Shown here: positions 18,650 to 28,256 of the stretch, in pieces
Numbering within the stretch: position 1 is the stretch's first letter
Layout of the letters: every line of letters begins with the position of its first letter
DNA from: Thermodesulfobacteriota bacterium
Lineage (GTDB): Bacteria > Desulfobacterota_D > UBA1144 > Nemesobacterales > UBA2774
Direction of reading: 5' to 3'
Length of the DNA: 64,000 nucleotides
Assembly: GCA_035325995.1 (NCBI GenBank)
Contig: DAOKYU010000008.1
Location: 6,897-70,896, forward strand
Translations under genes and position numbers: made by a program
Notes under the pieces: model-generated
Databases searched by the model: none
What the model was told of the DNA's origin: nothing
What the model saw: only the letters and a program-made list of their open reading frames with translations

Positions 18650-19807
18650 ATGGGAGTCAAAGACCTTACCTCCGGCATAAAACGTCACGCCCGCTCTCTC
18701 GGGTTCGACCTCGTTGGCGTATCCCCTGCGGGCCCTCTCCCCGACGGCCGGCGCTACAAGGAATGGCTCTCAAGGGGGCACGCGGGTAAGATGCATTATC
18801 TCGAGCGGCGCGTGGAGAGGCGCGAGGACGTGCGCAACATACTCCCCGGCGCAAAGTCCGTCATAACGTGCGGGCTCAACTACAACACCGATACGCCGTA
18901 TTCGACGGCCTGCGGCGACAGCCGCAGGGGATGGATAGCGCGCTACGCCTGGGGCGACGACTACCACGACGTGATGGATGAGAAGCTGTCGTCCCTCTCC
19001 GGCTTCATACGCGCCGAAACGTCCGGCTCCGCCGGGATCGTGCGATACTCCGACACGGGTCCCGTCCTCGAAAGGGCGCACGCGAGATACGGCGGCATCG
19101 GCTGGATAGGCAAGAACACCTGCCTCATAAACCAGGAGACGGGCTCGTGGATATTCCTCGGCGAGCTCATAACGGACATCGAGCTCGAATACGACTCACC
19201 TGCCCCCGACAGATGCGGCACGTGCACGAGATGCATCGACGCCTGCCCGACGGACGCGCTCACCGGGCCCTACACGCTCGACTCACGTCTCTGCATCTCC
19301 TACCTCACGATAGAGCTCAAGGACAGTATGCCGTTCGATCTCCGGGACAAGACGGGCTCCAATATATTCGGCTGCGACATCTGCCAGGACGTCTGCCCGT
19401 GGAACAGGAAGGCCCCGGTAACGGACGAAGCCTCGTTCCGGCCCCGGCCCGGCCTCTATAATCCGGGTCTCGACTCCATAGTCTCCCTCGGCCCCGAAGA
19501 GTTCAGGGCGCTCTTCAAGGGGAGCCCGGTAAAGCGCGCCAAGCGAAGGGGGCTCCTCCGGAACGCCCTCGTCGCCATCGGGAATTCGGGCGACCCCTCT
19601 TTCGTCCCCGTCGTCACGGAGCGCCTAGGCGACGAAGAGCCGCTCGTCAGGACTCACGCCGCCTGGGCCCTCTGGAAGCTCGAAGGGAAGGGCGCGCTCG
19701 GCCCGCTCCTCCGCCTGAAAGTATCCGAAGAAGACCCGTCGGTCCTCGAAGAGATCGATCACCTCCTCCGGCTTATCGACGGCTACGGGCTCGAAGCCTC
19801 GGGGTAA
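18650..19807 (+). CDS. queG: tRNA epoxyqueuosine(34) reductase
   Basis: Two 4Fe-4S cysteine clusters (CGTCTRCIDACPTDA, CDICQDVCPWN) and C-terminal HEAT-like repeats, as in QueG. Confidence 0.88.
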   Translation: MGVKDLTSGIKRHARSLGFDLVGVSPAGPLPDGRRYKEWLSRGHAGKMHYLERRVERREDVRNILPGAKSVITCGLNYNTDTPYSTACGDSRRGWIARYAWGDDYHDVMDEKLSSLSGFIRAETSGSAGIVRYSDTGPVLERAHARYGGIGWIGKNTCLINQETGSWIFLGELITDIELEYDSPAPDRCGTCTRCIDACPTDALTGPYTLDSRLCISYLTIELKDSMPFDLRDKTGSNIFGCDICQDVCPWNRKAPVTDEASFRPRPGLYNPGLDSIVSLGPEEFRALFKGSPVKRAKRRGLLRNALVAIGNSGDPSFVPVVTERLGDEEPLVRTHAAWALWKLEGKGALGPLLRLKVSEEDPSVLEEIDHLLRLIDGYGLEASG

Positions 19808-19872
19808 GGTGCGCCCCCGCCGCGGCCCGGACTGGAGTCGTCCCCGGAATTCAGTAATAATCTTTTTCTCCG

Positions 19873-20313
19873 ATGAATGAAACGTTCGACCACGAAGCCG
19901 AAGAAGTCATTTTGGCCAACGAGAAGTTTTATCTTGCCGTAAACCGGGCCGACATGGATCTTATGTCCGACGTATGGCTCGGCGGGCCCGACGACAAGTG
20001 CGTTCATCCCGGCTGGCCCATGCTCTACGGCTGGGAGGCGATTAAGGAGAGCTGGAAGAATATTTTCGGAGAGGGCGGCCCCGAAACGGTTGAGATTTCA
20101 CAGGTGAGCGTCGAGGTAGCCGAAGGGCTCGCATGGGTCGTCTGCGTCGAGAAGGTGATACACAGGGCCGGGGACGATGATATGAGGATCGGCTTCGCCC
20201 AATCCACTAACGTCTTCCACAAAACCGGCTCCGGCTGGAAGCTCGTCGTACACCACGCTTCGCCCATACCTATGCCGAGGACCGAGGCGGTCTCCGACAC
20301 GAATCTCCAGTAG
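19873..20313 (+). CDS. SnoaL-like / NTF2-fold (DUF4440-like) protein
   Basis: 146 aa. The LANEKFYLAVNRADMDLMSDVW...WKLVVHHASP pattern is typical of NTF2-like small proteins. Confidence 0.5.
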   Translation: MNETFDHEAEEVILANEKFYLAVNRADMDLMSDVWLGGPDDKCVHPGWPMLYGWEAIKESWKNIFGEGGPETVEISQVSVEVAEGLAWVVCVEKVIHRAGDDDMRIGFAQSTNVFHKTGSGWKLVVHHASPIPMPRTEAVSDTNLQ

Positions 20314-20330
20314 CGGCCCGGCGTTAAAAT

Positions 20331-23300
20331 CTAGTAGTTGAAGTTGTAGAACACGTCAACGCCCGGATTCTCGCCGCCGATGTCACCGTTTATGGAAACG
20401 TTCTTGAATATCGTATATTCGACGATTACCTTGGTCTGGGTTATCGTCGTCGAATCCGCCAGCGACTGCGTGGTCTGCCTTTCGACGGCGAAGTAGAGGT
20501 CCTCGGTCAGATACTTGCCCACCTCGAGCTCCGGCCCCTGGGTGCCGCTGCCTATGCTGACGACATCGAGCTTGAACTTGCTCCCGAGCATCTTCTCGAG
20601 CTGCGCCGCCGCCACACCGCCCGCGAGCCCCGAAGCCACTCCCTGTATGGAAGCCCTGTCGCTCGCGCCTATCTGGTCCGACGGCGCGCCGAAAACTATA
20701 TACGAAACCATGTCCGTCTCCGACATCGGCGGGTCGCTCGTAAGCTCGACCACGGGCTTCTTCGCGGTCCCCGATATGTTTATGTATATCTCGACCCCCG
20801 AAACCCTGTAAAGCGCCCTTATATCGAGGAAGGGGTTAATATCGGGCGTCCCCGAGAAGCTCACGTTCCCCTGGACGATCCTGAAAAGCTTTCCGAAATT
20901 CTCGTACGTCCCCCGTATGGTGCTTATGTTCCCGACTATCCTCATGTCCTGCTCGTATTCCTTCTTTATGTCGAGGTCTCCCCTGAGCTCTATGTTCGCC
21001 CCGCGCCCGCGCACCCAGTTGTTCCTCCTCATCCTCACCCTTAGATCCATGGCAATGTTCTGCTTGAAGTAATCCGAAGGCTTGCCGGCCTGGACCGTGA
21101 ACTCGTCTTCCCGCTCGTCGACGAACTTGATCTCCTCGACCTGCTTTTCCTCCGTTTCGGGAATCGTGATCCTGGCCCTCGAAACCGTGAGACTCCCCTT
21201 GAGGGCGATTCTGGAACCTTCCCCGTCGACGTCTATATTTCCGCTTAGCCGTCCGGCCATGTTCTTCGGCCTTATCAGGAAATCCTTGAGGTCGCCTTTC
21301 AGGTCGAAGGTCATGGCAGGTATGTCTATCTCGCCGGTGAAGCTCCCCGTTCCGTTCGACCCCGAATGAACGACGAGCTCTCTCAAAAATCCCTTCTGCC
21401 CGTTCATCTCGACGAGCGCGCTTTCAATCTTGAGCTCGTTCCTCAGCGACTTGATTTTAAAGATTGCGTCCTTCATCGAGAGCTGGCCGTTCGCGACGGG
21501 CCTCCCGAGCGTCCCGCTCGCTTTTAAATCGACGACCAGAACCCCTGTGGACTTTTCCACCTCCGGCACGAGCGTCGAAAGCGGGCTCAGGTCCACCCCG
21601 CTCGACGTAACCGTCAGGTTAAACGGCGCGGTCTCGATATTTCCTCCCGGCTCCTTCAGGTTAAGATCGACGTTCGAGCTCCCGCTCGCCTGCAGTATCG
21701 ACGCTCCCCCGTTCGTAATGTCGAATTTGAGCGTCAGGTTCTGCTCCAGGTACGAAACATCGAGATCGATATCGTCGTTCTTAAAATCCTTGTACACGAT
21801 GTTTCCGATGTTTATCTTCGCCCTCATCTGCGGCGAGGTCATTGTCCCTGAAGCGTCTATGTCGGCGGACAGCGCGCCCTCCACCTCGGCCTTCGGGGAG
21901 AATACCTTCACGACGTCGTTCAGGCTGAGGTCCTTCAGGTTCACGCTTGCCTCGACGCTCCCGTCGTAGAATATAGTCGCGTCGGCAATCGCCGAAGTGT
22001 CGTTGTAATAAAGATTGAACGAACTCAGAACGAGCGAATCCGGCGCTATCGTCAGGGATATGTTCTCCCTGTTTTCGAGCTCCGTATCCTCGAGGTCTAA
22101 AAGGAGCTTCGATATCTCGATATGCTTTTTCCTTCCGGTCAAATCGTCTATCGCAGCGTGGACGATATATTTGAAGTCGTCGTTCTCGGTTATCACCGTG
22201 TCCACGTTTATCGCCTTCCCGCCCTCGCTGTCGGCGTCGATCTCGACGCTCTCGAACTCCCTCTCGCCCACCGATATGGTCCCGGCGTTTATCTCCGCCT
22301 TTATATCCGGGTCCGAGAGATCGGGCCTCCCTTCCGCGGTTATCGTTATCGTCTCGGCTTTTATGTTGTCGTTCATCTCGAAGCCGTCCACGTCCCCGTC
22401 TATGGATATCTTCGGATTCGTTATCTCCCCTTCGACGCGCCCCTTCGCCTCGAGCGAGCCCGCGAGCTCGGTCCCCTTGGCGAACTTCGATATAAGGGCG
22501 AGGTCCTTAACTTCGAGCTCGTACCCCAGGTTGACGCCCTTCCTTCCTCCCCTTCCGTCGGTCACGTTGAGCTTAAACCCGTCGCCGTCGATCGTGAGCG
22601 CCCTCGCCGTAAGGACCTCCCTCTCGTACGTAACGTCTATCTTTCCGCTTTTAATATCGAGGTTGTAGATGTGTGAAGGCTTGATGCTCCCCTTGACGGC
22701 TCCGTGCATGCCTCGTACGACGTCGCCCTCCAGCGGCACGGACGCCTTCACGGCGAGGTCAGTCGTTACGCTTCCGTTAAGGTCCTTCTTGTTCGCTATG
22801 ACGCCGGGGTTTAGCTTGTTGAGTACGGTCCTGACGTCGAGCCCGAGGGCGGTCCGCGAGTAATCCACCTTTCCGGTGAGCTTAAGCTCCCCGGCCCTGG
22901 AGCCCTTTATGTCGAGTCTCGCGATATCAGCCGATGCCTTCATGTCATCGGGCTCGATCCAGCTTCCGCGCGCCTTTATTTCGCTGTTCAAAACCGCATC
23001 GAGCTGAGTGTTTATCCCCTCGGGCCGTGTATGGGCCTTCTCTTCGAGGAGGGTGAAGACCTCTGCCGTCTTAACGTTCCTGAGCTTAAGATTTACGTTA
23101 AAGGAGTTCTCGCCTTCCTTCGTGAGTATGCGCTTTATGTCCGCTCCGCCGCTTATTTCGAGCTCCCCCGGCCCCGTGACTATCTTCCCGTCCCCGAGGT
23201 CGATCCTGGTGCCCGACATCTTTATGCCGTCGAGCCTGCCCGAAACCTTCTGCCCGTAGAGCTCCGATTCGGGGACGACGATGCCGAGGTCGGCCCTTAT

Positions 23301-24170
23301 ATCCCCGGGCCCGGCGTACCCGCCCCGTCCCTTCGCCTCGACGCTCACGGTCCCGACGTCCTTTATCTCGTATCCCTTCGCTGCTATGTCCAGCATAAAA
23401 TCGGGGGTATCCTGGAGGTCCTCGGCCTTTACGTTCCCGCTTATCTCGGCCCCGTTAACGCTTACCTTCAGGTTTGCGACCTCCGCCGCGTCCGGCGAAT
23501 AAAGGGCCTTCGTCGAAAGCCCCCTCACGGTAATCCCCTCGCTCACGGCGTCGAAGTCCGCGTTCTTTATGTTCGCCTCTATCTTCTCATAGATATTGCC
23601 GAGCCGTACCGAAAGCTCCGTGTCGTTAAGTAGGTATTCCGACACCTTCCCGCTCTCCCTGTCGTCCACTGTCAGCCTTACGCCGTCGAGCGCGACGCTC
23701 GGGGCGGTTATGTTCCACCGGGGCGGCCCCTTCGTTTCCTTTTCCCTGTCTTCTTCCTTTTCTTTCTTTTCGCCTATCCTGCCGAAGTTCCAGGTCCCGT
23801 CGGCGTACTTTACGAGCCTCACGTCCGCGCCCCTGAGGGTAATGCCGTCCACGAGCACGTTCCTTCCGAAGAGAAAGGTCGAATTCAGCATCGCCGGGAT
23901 CGAATAGACGAGCTCCGCCTCGTCCACCGTGACGAACCCCTCGCCCTCCACCTCGAACGACACGTCCCTCAGTCTTATGCTGTAAAAGAATGTCCCCTCG
24001 ACGCTTCCTATAGTGAGCTTCTGCCCCGTGGACGAGCTCACTATCTCTTCCGTCTTCCGTTTTACGAAGCCCCTGAAATATTCCGTCTGGGTGAGAAAGT
24101 ACGCCCCCGTCAGGATAAGGACCAGGATCCCCAACAGGACCCCGAATATGATGGGAATCTTGTAGCGCAT
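20331..24170 (-). CDS. tamB: translocation and assembly module TamB-like protein (DUF490 / AsmA-like)
   Basis: 1279 aa, N-terminal signal-anchor helix, long repetitive beta-rich body, and a conserved DUF490-type C-terminus ending ...VFYNFNY. Confidence 0.75.
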   Translation of the reverse strand: MRYKIPIIFGVLLGILVLILTGAYFLTQTEYFRGFVKRKTEEIVSSSTGQKLTIGSVEGTFFYSIRLRDVSFEVEGEGFVTVDEAELVYSIPAMLNSTFLFGRNVLVDGITLRGADVRLVKYADGTWNFGRIGEKKEKEEDREKETKGPPRWNITAPSVALDGVRLTVDDRESGKVSEYLLNDTELSVRLGNIYEKIEANIKNADFDAVSEGITVRGLSTKALYSPDAAEVANLKVSVNGAEISGNVKAEDLQDTPDFMLDIAAKGYEIKDVGTVSVEAKGRGGYAGPGDIRADLGIVVPESELYGQKVSGRLDGIKMSGTRIDLGDGKIVTGPGELEISGGADIKRILTKEGENSFNVNLKLRNVKTAEVFTLLEEKAHTRPEGINTQLDAVLNSEIKARGSWIEPDDMKASADIARLDIKGSRAGELKLTGKVDYSRTALGLDVRTVLNKLNPGVIANKKDLNGSVTTDLAVKASVPLEGDVVRGMHGAVKGSIKPSHIYNLDIKSGKIDVTYEREVLTARALTIDGDGFKLNVTDGRGGRKGVNLGYELEVKDLALISKFAKGTELAGSLEAKGRVEGEITNPKISIDGDVDGFEMNDNIKAETITITAEGRPDLSDPDIKAEINAGTISVGEREFESVEIDADSEGGKAINVDTVITENDDFKYIVHAAIDDLTGRKKHIEISKLLLDLEDTELENRENISLTIAPDSLVLSSFNLYYNDTSAIADATIFYDGSVEASVNLKDLSLNDVVKVFSPKAEVEGALSADIDASGTMTSPQMRAKINIGNIVYKDFKNDDIDLDVSYLEQNLTLKFDITNGGASILQASGSSNVDLNLKEPGGNIETAPFNLTVTSSGVDLSPLSTLVPEVEKSTGVLVVDLKASGTLGRPVANGQLSMKDAIFKIKSLRNELKIESALVEMNGQKGFLRELVVHSGSNGTGSFTGEIDIPAMTFDLKGDLKDFLIRPKNMAGRLSGNIDVDGEGSRIALKGSLTVSRARITIPETEEKQVEEIKFVDEREDEFTVQAGKPSDYFKQNIAMDLRVRMRRNNWVRGRGANIELRGDLDIKKEYEQDMRIVGNISTIRGTYENFGKLFRIVQGNVSFSGTPDINPFLDIRALYRVSGVEIYINISGTAKKPVVELTSDPPMSETDMVSYIVFGAPSDQIGASDRASIQGVASGLAGGVAAAQLEKMLGSKFKLDVVSIGSGTQGPELEVGKYLTEDLYFAVERQTTQSLADSTTITQTKVIVEYTIFKNVSINGDIGGENPGVDVFYNFNY

Positions 24171-24313
24171 GGTATGAATCGGGGCTGCCCCCCGCCGTCT
24201 CGCAAATCCTTTTCTTTCTCGTGCGATTTCGTGCGATCCGGGAAGACGAGACGTTTACCAATTATACATTACGGGCAGTTCAAATAGAACCTGAAAATCG
24301 CTATGCCGGACGG

Positions 24314-25189
24314 TCATTTTCTGGAAACCATGTATATGCCGGCAAGGATAAAGATTCCTCCCGCAATGACCCCTGCGTCGAGCGGGTTTCCGAGCATGAG
24401 CCAGTCGAAGACGAGCCCGAGCACGGGCACCAGCATCGAAGAGAACGTCGTGATGTTTATGTCGAGCTTCTTTATGAGATAAAACCAGATCGTAAAGTCG
24501 ACTGCCGACGCTATTATGCCGGTGAAGAGGAGTATGTATACGGAGTACGCCGTCCACCTGACGTCCAGCGCCCCCTGCGGGAGGGCTATGAACAGAAGGA
24601 GCAATGTCCCGAGGGTCATCTGTATGGCGCTCACGGTGTATATGTCCTCACCGGCCATCCTCGTCTTCATCCATATGTTCGCCACGGCCCACGAAACGGC
24701 TGCTCCTACGACGAATATTTCGCCCGTGAAAATTTTGATGTCCTGCTGCGTTATCACGTCGAAGCCGAGAATCGAGAGTATCCCCAGGCTCCCGAGCGCG
24801 ACCCCTATCCACTTCGTCGGGCTCAGCCTGTCCTTAAGATAGAAATGAACGATAAGGATCGTCCATACCGGCATCGTGTAAAGGAGTACCGACGTCTTTC
24901 CGGCGGTTATGCGCTCCATGCCGAGCAGCATGAGCCCGAAGAGCAGTGTGGTCTGGAAGAACCCCACGGCCAGGTAATCGGGGAGCTTCCTGAGCGCCGG
25001 CCATTTGGGCCCCTTCCACCAGACGTACGCGAGAAGCGCAGCGGCCCCTATGCCGCACCTCCAGGCCGCGAAGGTGTAGGGCTTGGCATATCCGAGACCT
25101 ATCTTCATCAGTATCCACGAATACCCCCACGTAACTATGACGAAGGCCAGGAGCGCAATGTTAAGAGCCGCGGAATTCATATGAACCAT
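24314..25189 (-). CDS. DMT-superfamily (EamA-like) transporter
   Basis: 291 aa, 10 TM helices arranged as two EamA repeats. Confidence 0.75.
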   Translation of the reverse strand: MVHMNSAALNIALLAFVIVTWGYSWILMKIGLGYAKPYTFAAWRCGIGAAALLAYVWWKGPKWPALRKLPDYLAVGFFQTTLLFGLMLLGMERITAGKTSVLLYTMPVWTILIVHFYLKDRLSPTKWIGVALGSLGILSILGFDVITQQDIKIFTGEIFVVGAAVSWAVANIWMKTRMAGEDIYTVSAIQMTLGTLLLLFIALPQGALDVRWTAYSVYILLFTGIIASAVDFTIWFYLIKKLDINITTFSSMLVPVLGLVFDWLMLGNPLDAGVIAGGIFILAGIYMVSRK

Positions 25190-25284
25190 ATAATGTAACA
25201 GGTATTCCCGTACATGGCCCGGGGAAAGGCTTTTCCCCTCGGAAAACGGAGTTTTTTATCTTGAAAACCGTGTTCATTTTCGTC

Positions 25285-25312
25285 TTGACAAGGAAAGGTC
25301 AATATTTATAAT
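25285..25312 (+). promoter_or_regulatory. near-consensus sigma70 promoter (TTGACA-16-TATAAT) about 195 nt upstream of etfB
   Basis: TTGACA at 25285-25290 and TATAAT at 25307-25312. Confidence 0.45.
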
Positions 25313-25507
25313 AAAGTACCCTTTCGGACTCGAGGGGGGAGGGCGTTTTTCCGTTCGAGCGCCGGGAAGTTACACACCACGTCGGGGTTGGAAAGAGTTC
25401 CGGCAGTGCTAAACCAGGTTGGACCGAAATGCTCTGAAGTAATCATCTTTCCATAAATACGCTTTATCGTATTTGCAGTCAACTTTCATAACGGAGGTAC
25501 GCTAAAG

Positions 25508-26347
25508 GTGAAGATTCTCGTAGTTGTCAGCCAGACACAAGATACGGAAGCCAAGATCAAAGTATCCTCGTCGGGCGATTCCGTGGACACGAGCGGCATG
25601 AAGTGGATCATGAATCCCTACGACGAGTTCGCGGTCGAAGAGGCGATTCAAACCAAGGAAAAGCACGGCGGTGAAGTGGTAATCGTATCCATGGGCCCGG
25701 CAAGGGTAGTGGAGACGATACGTCAGGCACTCGCAATGGGCGCCGACAGCGCAATACATATCGCGGACGACAGCTTCTCCGACATCGACTCCTTCGCGGT
25801 TGGCAAGGTCATAGCCGGCGAGATCAAAAAATCGGGCGAGTTCGACGTCATCTTCACGGGCATGAAGATAATCGACGAGGAATCCGGCCAGGTCGGAGTC
25901 CAGATAGCCGAAGAGCTCGGCATTCCGCACGTCTCCCTCGTGAGCAAGGTGGTCGATATAGACCCGGCGGCCAAAAAGGCGGTCTGCCAGAAGGAAATCG
26001 ACGGCGGTCACATGGTCGTCGAGGTCCAGCTCCCGTGCCTCATCACCTGCCCCGACGCCATGAACGAGCCCAGATACGCATCCCTCCCCGGCATCATGAA
26101 GGCCAAGAAGAAGCCGCTAAAGGAAGTCGCCATAGGCGACATCAACCTCGAAGAGCTCGGCCTCACGGCGGATTCCCTCGGCAAGGCCGGGGCCCGGGTC
26201 AGGACGGTCGAGATCAAGGTCCCCGAGATTCAGAGGAAGCTCAAGATCATAAAGGGGCAGGACGAGCCCATGGTCAAGGGCGCCGAAGTCGAGAACGCGG
26301 CCGAAGAGCTCGTAAAGCTCTTAAGGGAAGAGGCCAAGGTCATATAG
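25508..26347 (+). CDS. etfB: electron transfer flavoprotein beta subunit
   Basis: MKILVVVSQTQDTEAKIKV... is EtfB. GTG start, preceded by GGAGGT. Confidence 0.9.
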   Translation: MKILVVVSQTQDTEAKIKVSSSGDSVDTSGMKWIMNPYDEFAVEEAIQTKEKHGGEVVIVSMGPARVVETIRQALAMGADSAIHIADDSFSDIDSFAVGKVIAGEIKKSGEFDVIFTGMKIIDEESGQVGVQIAEELGIPHVSLVSKVVDIDPAAKKAVCQKEIDGGHMVVEVQLPCLITCPDAMNEPRYASLPGIMKAKKKPLKEVAIGDINLEELGLTADSLGKAGARVRTVEIKVPEIQRKLKIIKGQDEPMVKGAEVENAAEELVKLLREEAKVI

Positions 26348-26377
26348 GGCCTCATAAACACATTCAGGAGGAATCAA

Positions 26378-27373
26378 ATGAGCAGCGAAATCTGGGTAGT
26401 GGCAGACCTCAAAATCGACGGCAGCATAAGGCAGGTCACGTTCGAGGCCCTGTCCGAGGCGAAGGCGAAGCTCGCGGGTAAATTCGGCGGGCCGGTTTGC
26501 GGCGTGCTTATCGGCGCGAACGTATCCTCCCTCGCGGGCGAGCTCGGCAAATACGGGGCCGAAAAGGTCTACGTCGTCGAAAACGAAACTCTAAAGGATT
26601 TTAACACCGAAGGCTACACGATAGCTCTTTCAGAGCTCATAAAAAAATATCAGCCGGCCGTGGTCATGACGGGCAACACCGTCTTCGGGCAGGACTACTT
26701 CCCCGGGGTCGCCGCGCGCGTCGGCGCCGGCGTAACCATGGACGCCATAGAAGTAGAGGCCACCGACGACAAGAAGCTTCAAATAAAACGCTTCTCCCAT
26801 TCGAGTAAGGCGATACCGACGAAGCTCTTCCTCGATCATTATCCGATGATGACGACGGTAAGGCCGAATTCCTTTAAAGCCGTCGAAGACCCGAAGACCC
26901 CCGAGGTCATAAACGAGGCTGTAGCGATCAACCCCGGCGACATCAAAACGAAGGTTATAGAGATAAAGGCCAAGGAATCCGACAGGCCCGAGCTCACCGA
27001 GGCCGACAGGGTCGTTTCCGGCGGAAGGGGGCTCGGAAGCGAGGAGAACTTCAAGCACGTCTACGAGCTCGCCGACATACTCGGCGCGGCGGTCGGCGCC
27101 ACGAGGGCGGCGGTCGACGCGGGCTACTGCCCCTACGACATGCAGGTCGGGCAGACGGGCAAGGCCGTGTCGCCCAACCTCTACATCGCAATCGCCATAT
27201 CCGGCTCTGTGCAGCACTTCGCCGGAATGGGCTCCTCGAAGGTCATCGTCGCTATAAACAAGGACCCCGAAGCACCGATATTCCAGAAATGCGACTACGG
27301 CATAGTGGGCGATCTTTTCGACGTGCTCCCGCCGTTCACGGCTAAAGTTAAGAGCCTTATTTCTCAAAGCTGA
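26378..27373 (+). CDS. etfA: electron transfer flavoprotein alpha subunit
   Basis: FAD-binding C-terminal domain (RVVSGGRGLGSEENF...PNLYIAIAISGSVQHFAGM). Confidence 0.9.
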   Translation: MSSEIWVVADLKIDGSIRQVTFEALSEAKAKLAGKFGGPVCGVLIGANVSSLAGELGKYGAEKVYVVENETLKDFNTEGYTIALSELIKKYQPAVVMTGNTVFGQDYFPGVAARVGAGVTMDAIEVEATDDKKLQIKRFSHSSKAIPTKLFLDHYPMMTTVRPNSFKAVEDPKTPEVINEAVAINPGDIKTKVIEIKAKESDRPELTEADRVVSGGRGLGSEENFKHVYELADILGAAVGATRAAVDAGYCPYDMQVGQTGKAVSPNLYIAIAISGSVQHFAGMGSSKVIVAINKDPEAPIFQKCDYGIVGDLFDVLPPFTAKVKSLISQS

Positions 27374-27401
27374 AGATAAACAACCAATAGCGCGGGGCGG
27401 T

Positions 27402-28226
27402 CTAAACGGCCGCCCCCGTTATATCCACCATCTCGATTTTCTCTATTTTTTCACCGAGGAACCTTCCGGCGACTGAAACGAACGTATCGGAAACGTCCGT
27501 AAGGTAGTACCGCTTCGAAGACGGGCCCGTCTGCGGGTTGAGCATGCCCCTTTCCGCAAGGACCTTCTCGATCTCCCTGGCCGTCTCTTCGGCCGAATCG
27601 ACTAGCGTAATACCGTCCCCCATGGTCTTCCTGATTGTCTTCTTTAAGAGCGGGTAATGCGTGCACCCGAGGACGAGGACGTCTATCCCGGATTTCCTCA
27701 TCGACGCGAGGTACCTCTCGGCCGCGAGCTCCGTTATGTCCTCCTCCGTCCACCCCTCCTCGGCCAGCGGCACGAACAGGGGGCACGCCTGCGTATACAC
27801 CGTAATCCCCGGCGACGCCGCTTCGAGGGCCCTCTTGTAGGCCGAGCTCTTTATGGTGGACGGCGTCCCGATGACGCCCGCCCGCCCTGTCTTCGTTGCG
27901 GCGGCCGCCTTCCGCGCCCCCGGCTCTATCACGCCTACGACGGGCACGGCGAATTCCCCCGTAAGGCTCGGGAGCGACACAGCCGACGAGGTGTTACACG
28001 CGACGACGACCATCTTCACACCCTTCGACACGAGGAACGCGGCGTTGTTCCGCGAATACGTGACGACGGTTCTTCCCGATTTTGTCCCGTACGGCACCCG
28101 CGCAGTGTCCCCGAGATATATTATGTCTTCTCCCGGGAGCCTCGCCGCTATCTCCCGGACGACGGTAAGCCCGCCTATGCCCGAATCGAATACGCCTATC
28201 GGCGCTTTGTTGCTGTTGTTTGTCAT
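27402..28226 (-). CDS. murI: glutamate racemase
   Basis: IGVFDSGIGGLTVVREI...YLGDTARVPYG...VVACNTSS...LGCTHYPLL are the MurI motifs. Confidence 0.92.
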   Translation of the reverse strand: MTNNSNKAPIGVFDSGIGGLTVVREIAARLPGEDIIYLGDTARVPYGTKSGRTVVTYSRNNAAFLVSKGVKMVVVACNTSSAVSLPSLTGEFAVPVVGVIEPGARKAAAATKTGRAGVIGTPSTIKSSAYKRALEAASPGITVYTQACPLFVPLAEEGWTEEDITELAAERYLASMRKSGIDVLVLGCTHYPLLKKTIRKTMGDGITLVDSAEETAREIEKVLAERGMLNPQTGPSSKRYYLTDVSDTFVSVAGRFLGEKIEKIEMVDITGAAV

Positions 28227-28256
28227 GGATTATCCCTAATGGCTCGTCCGGCAGGG

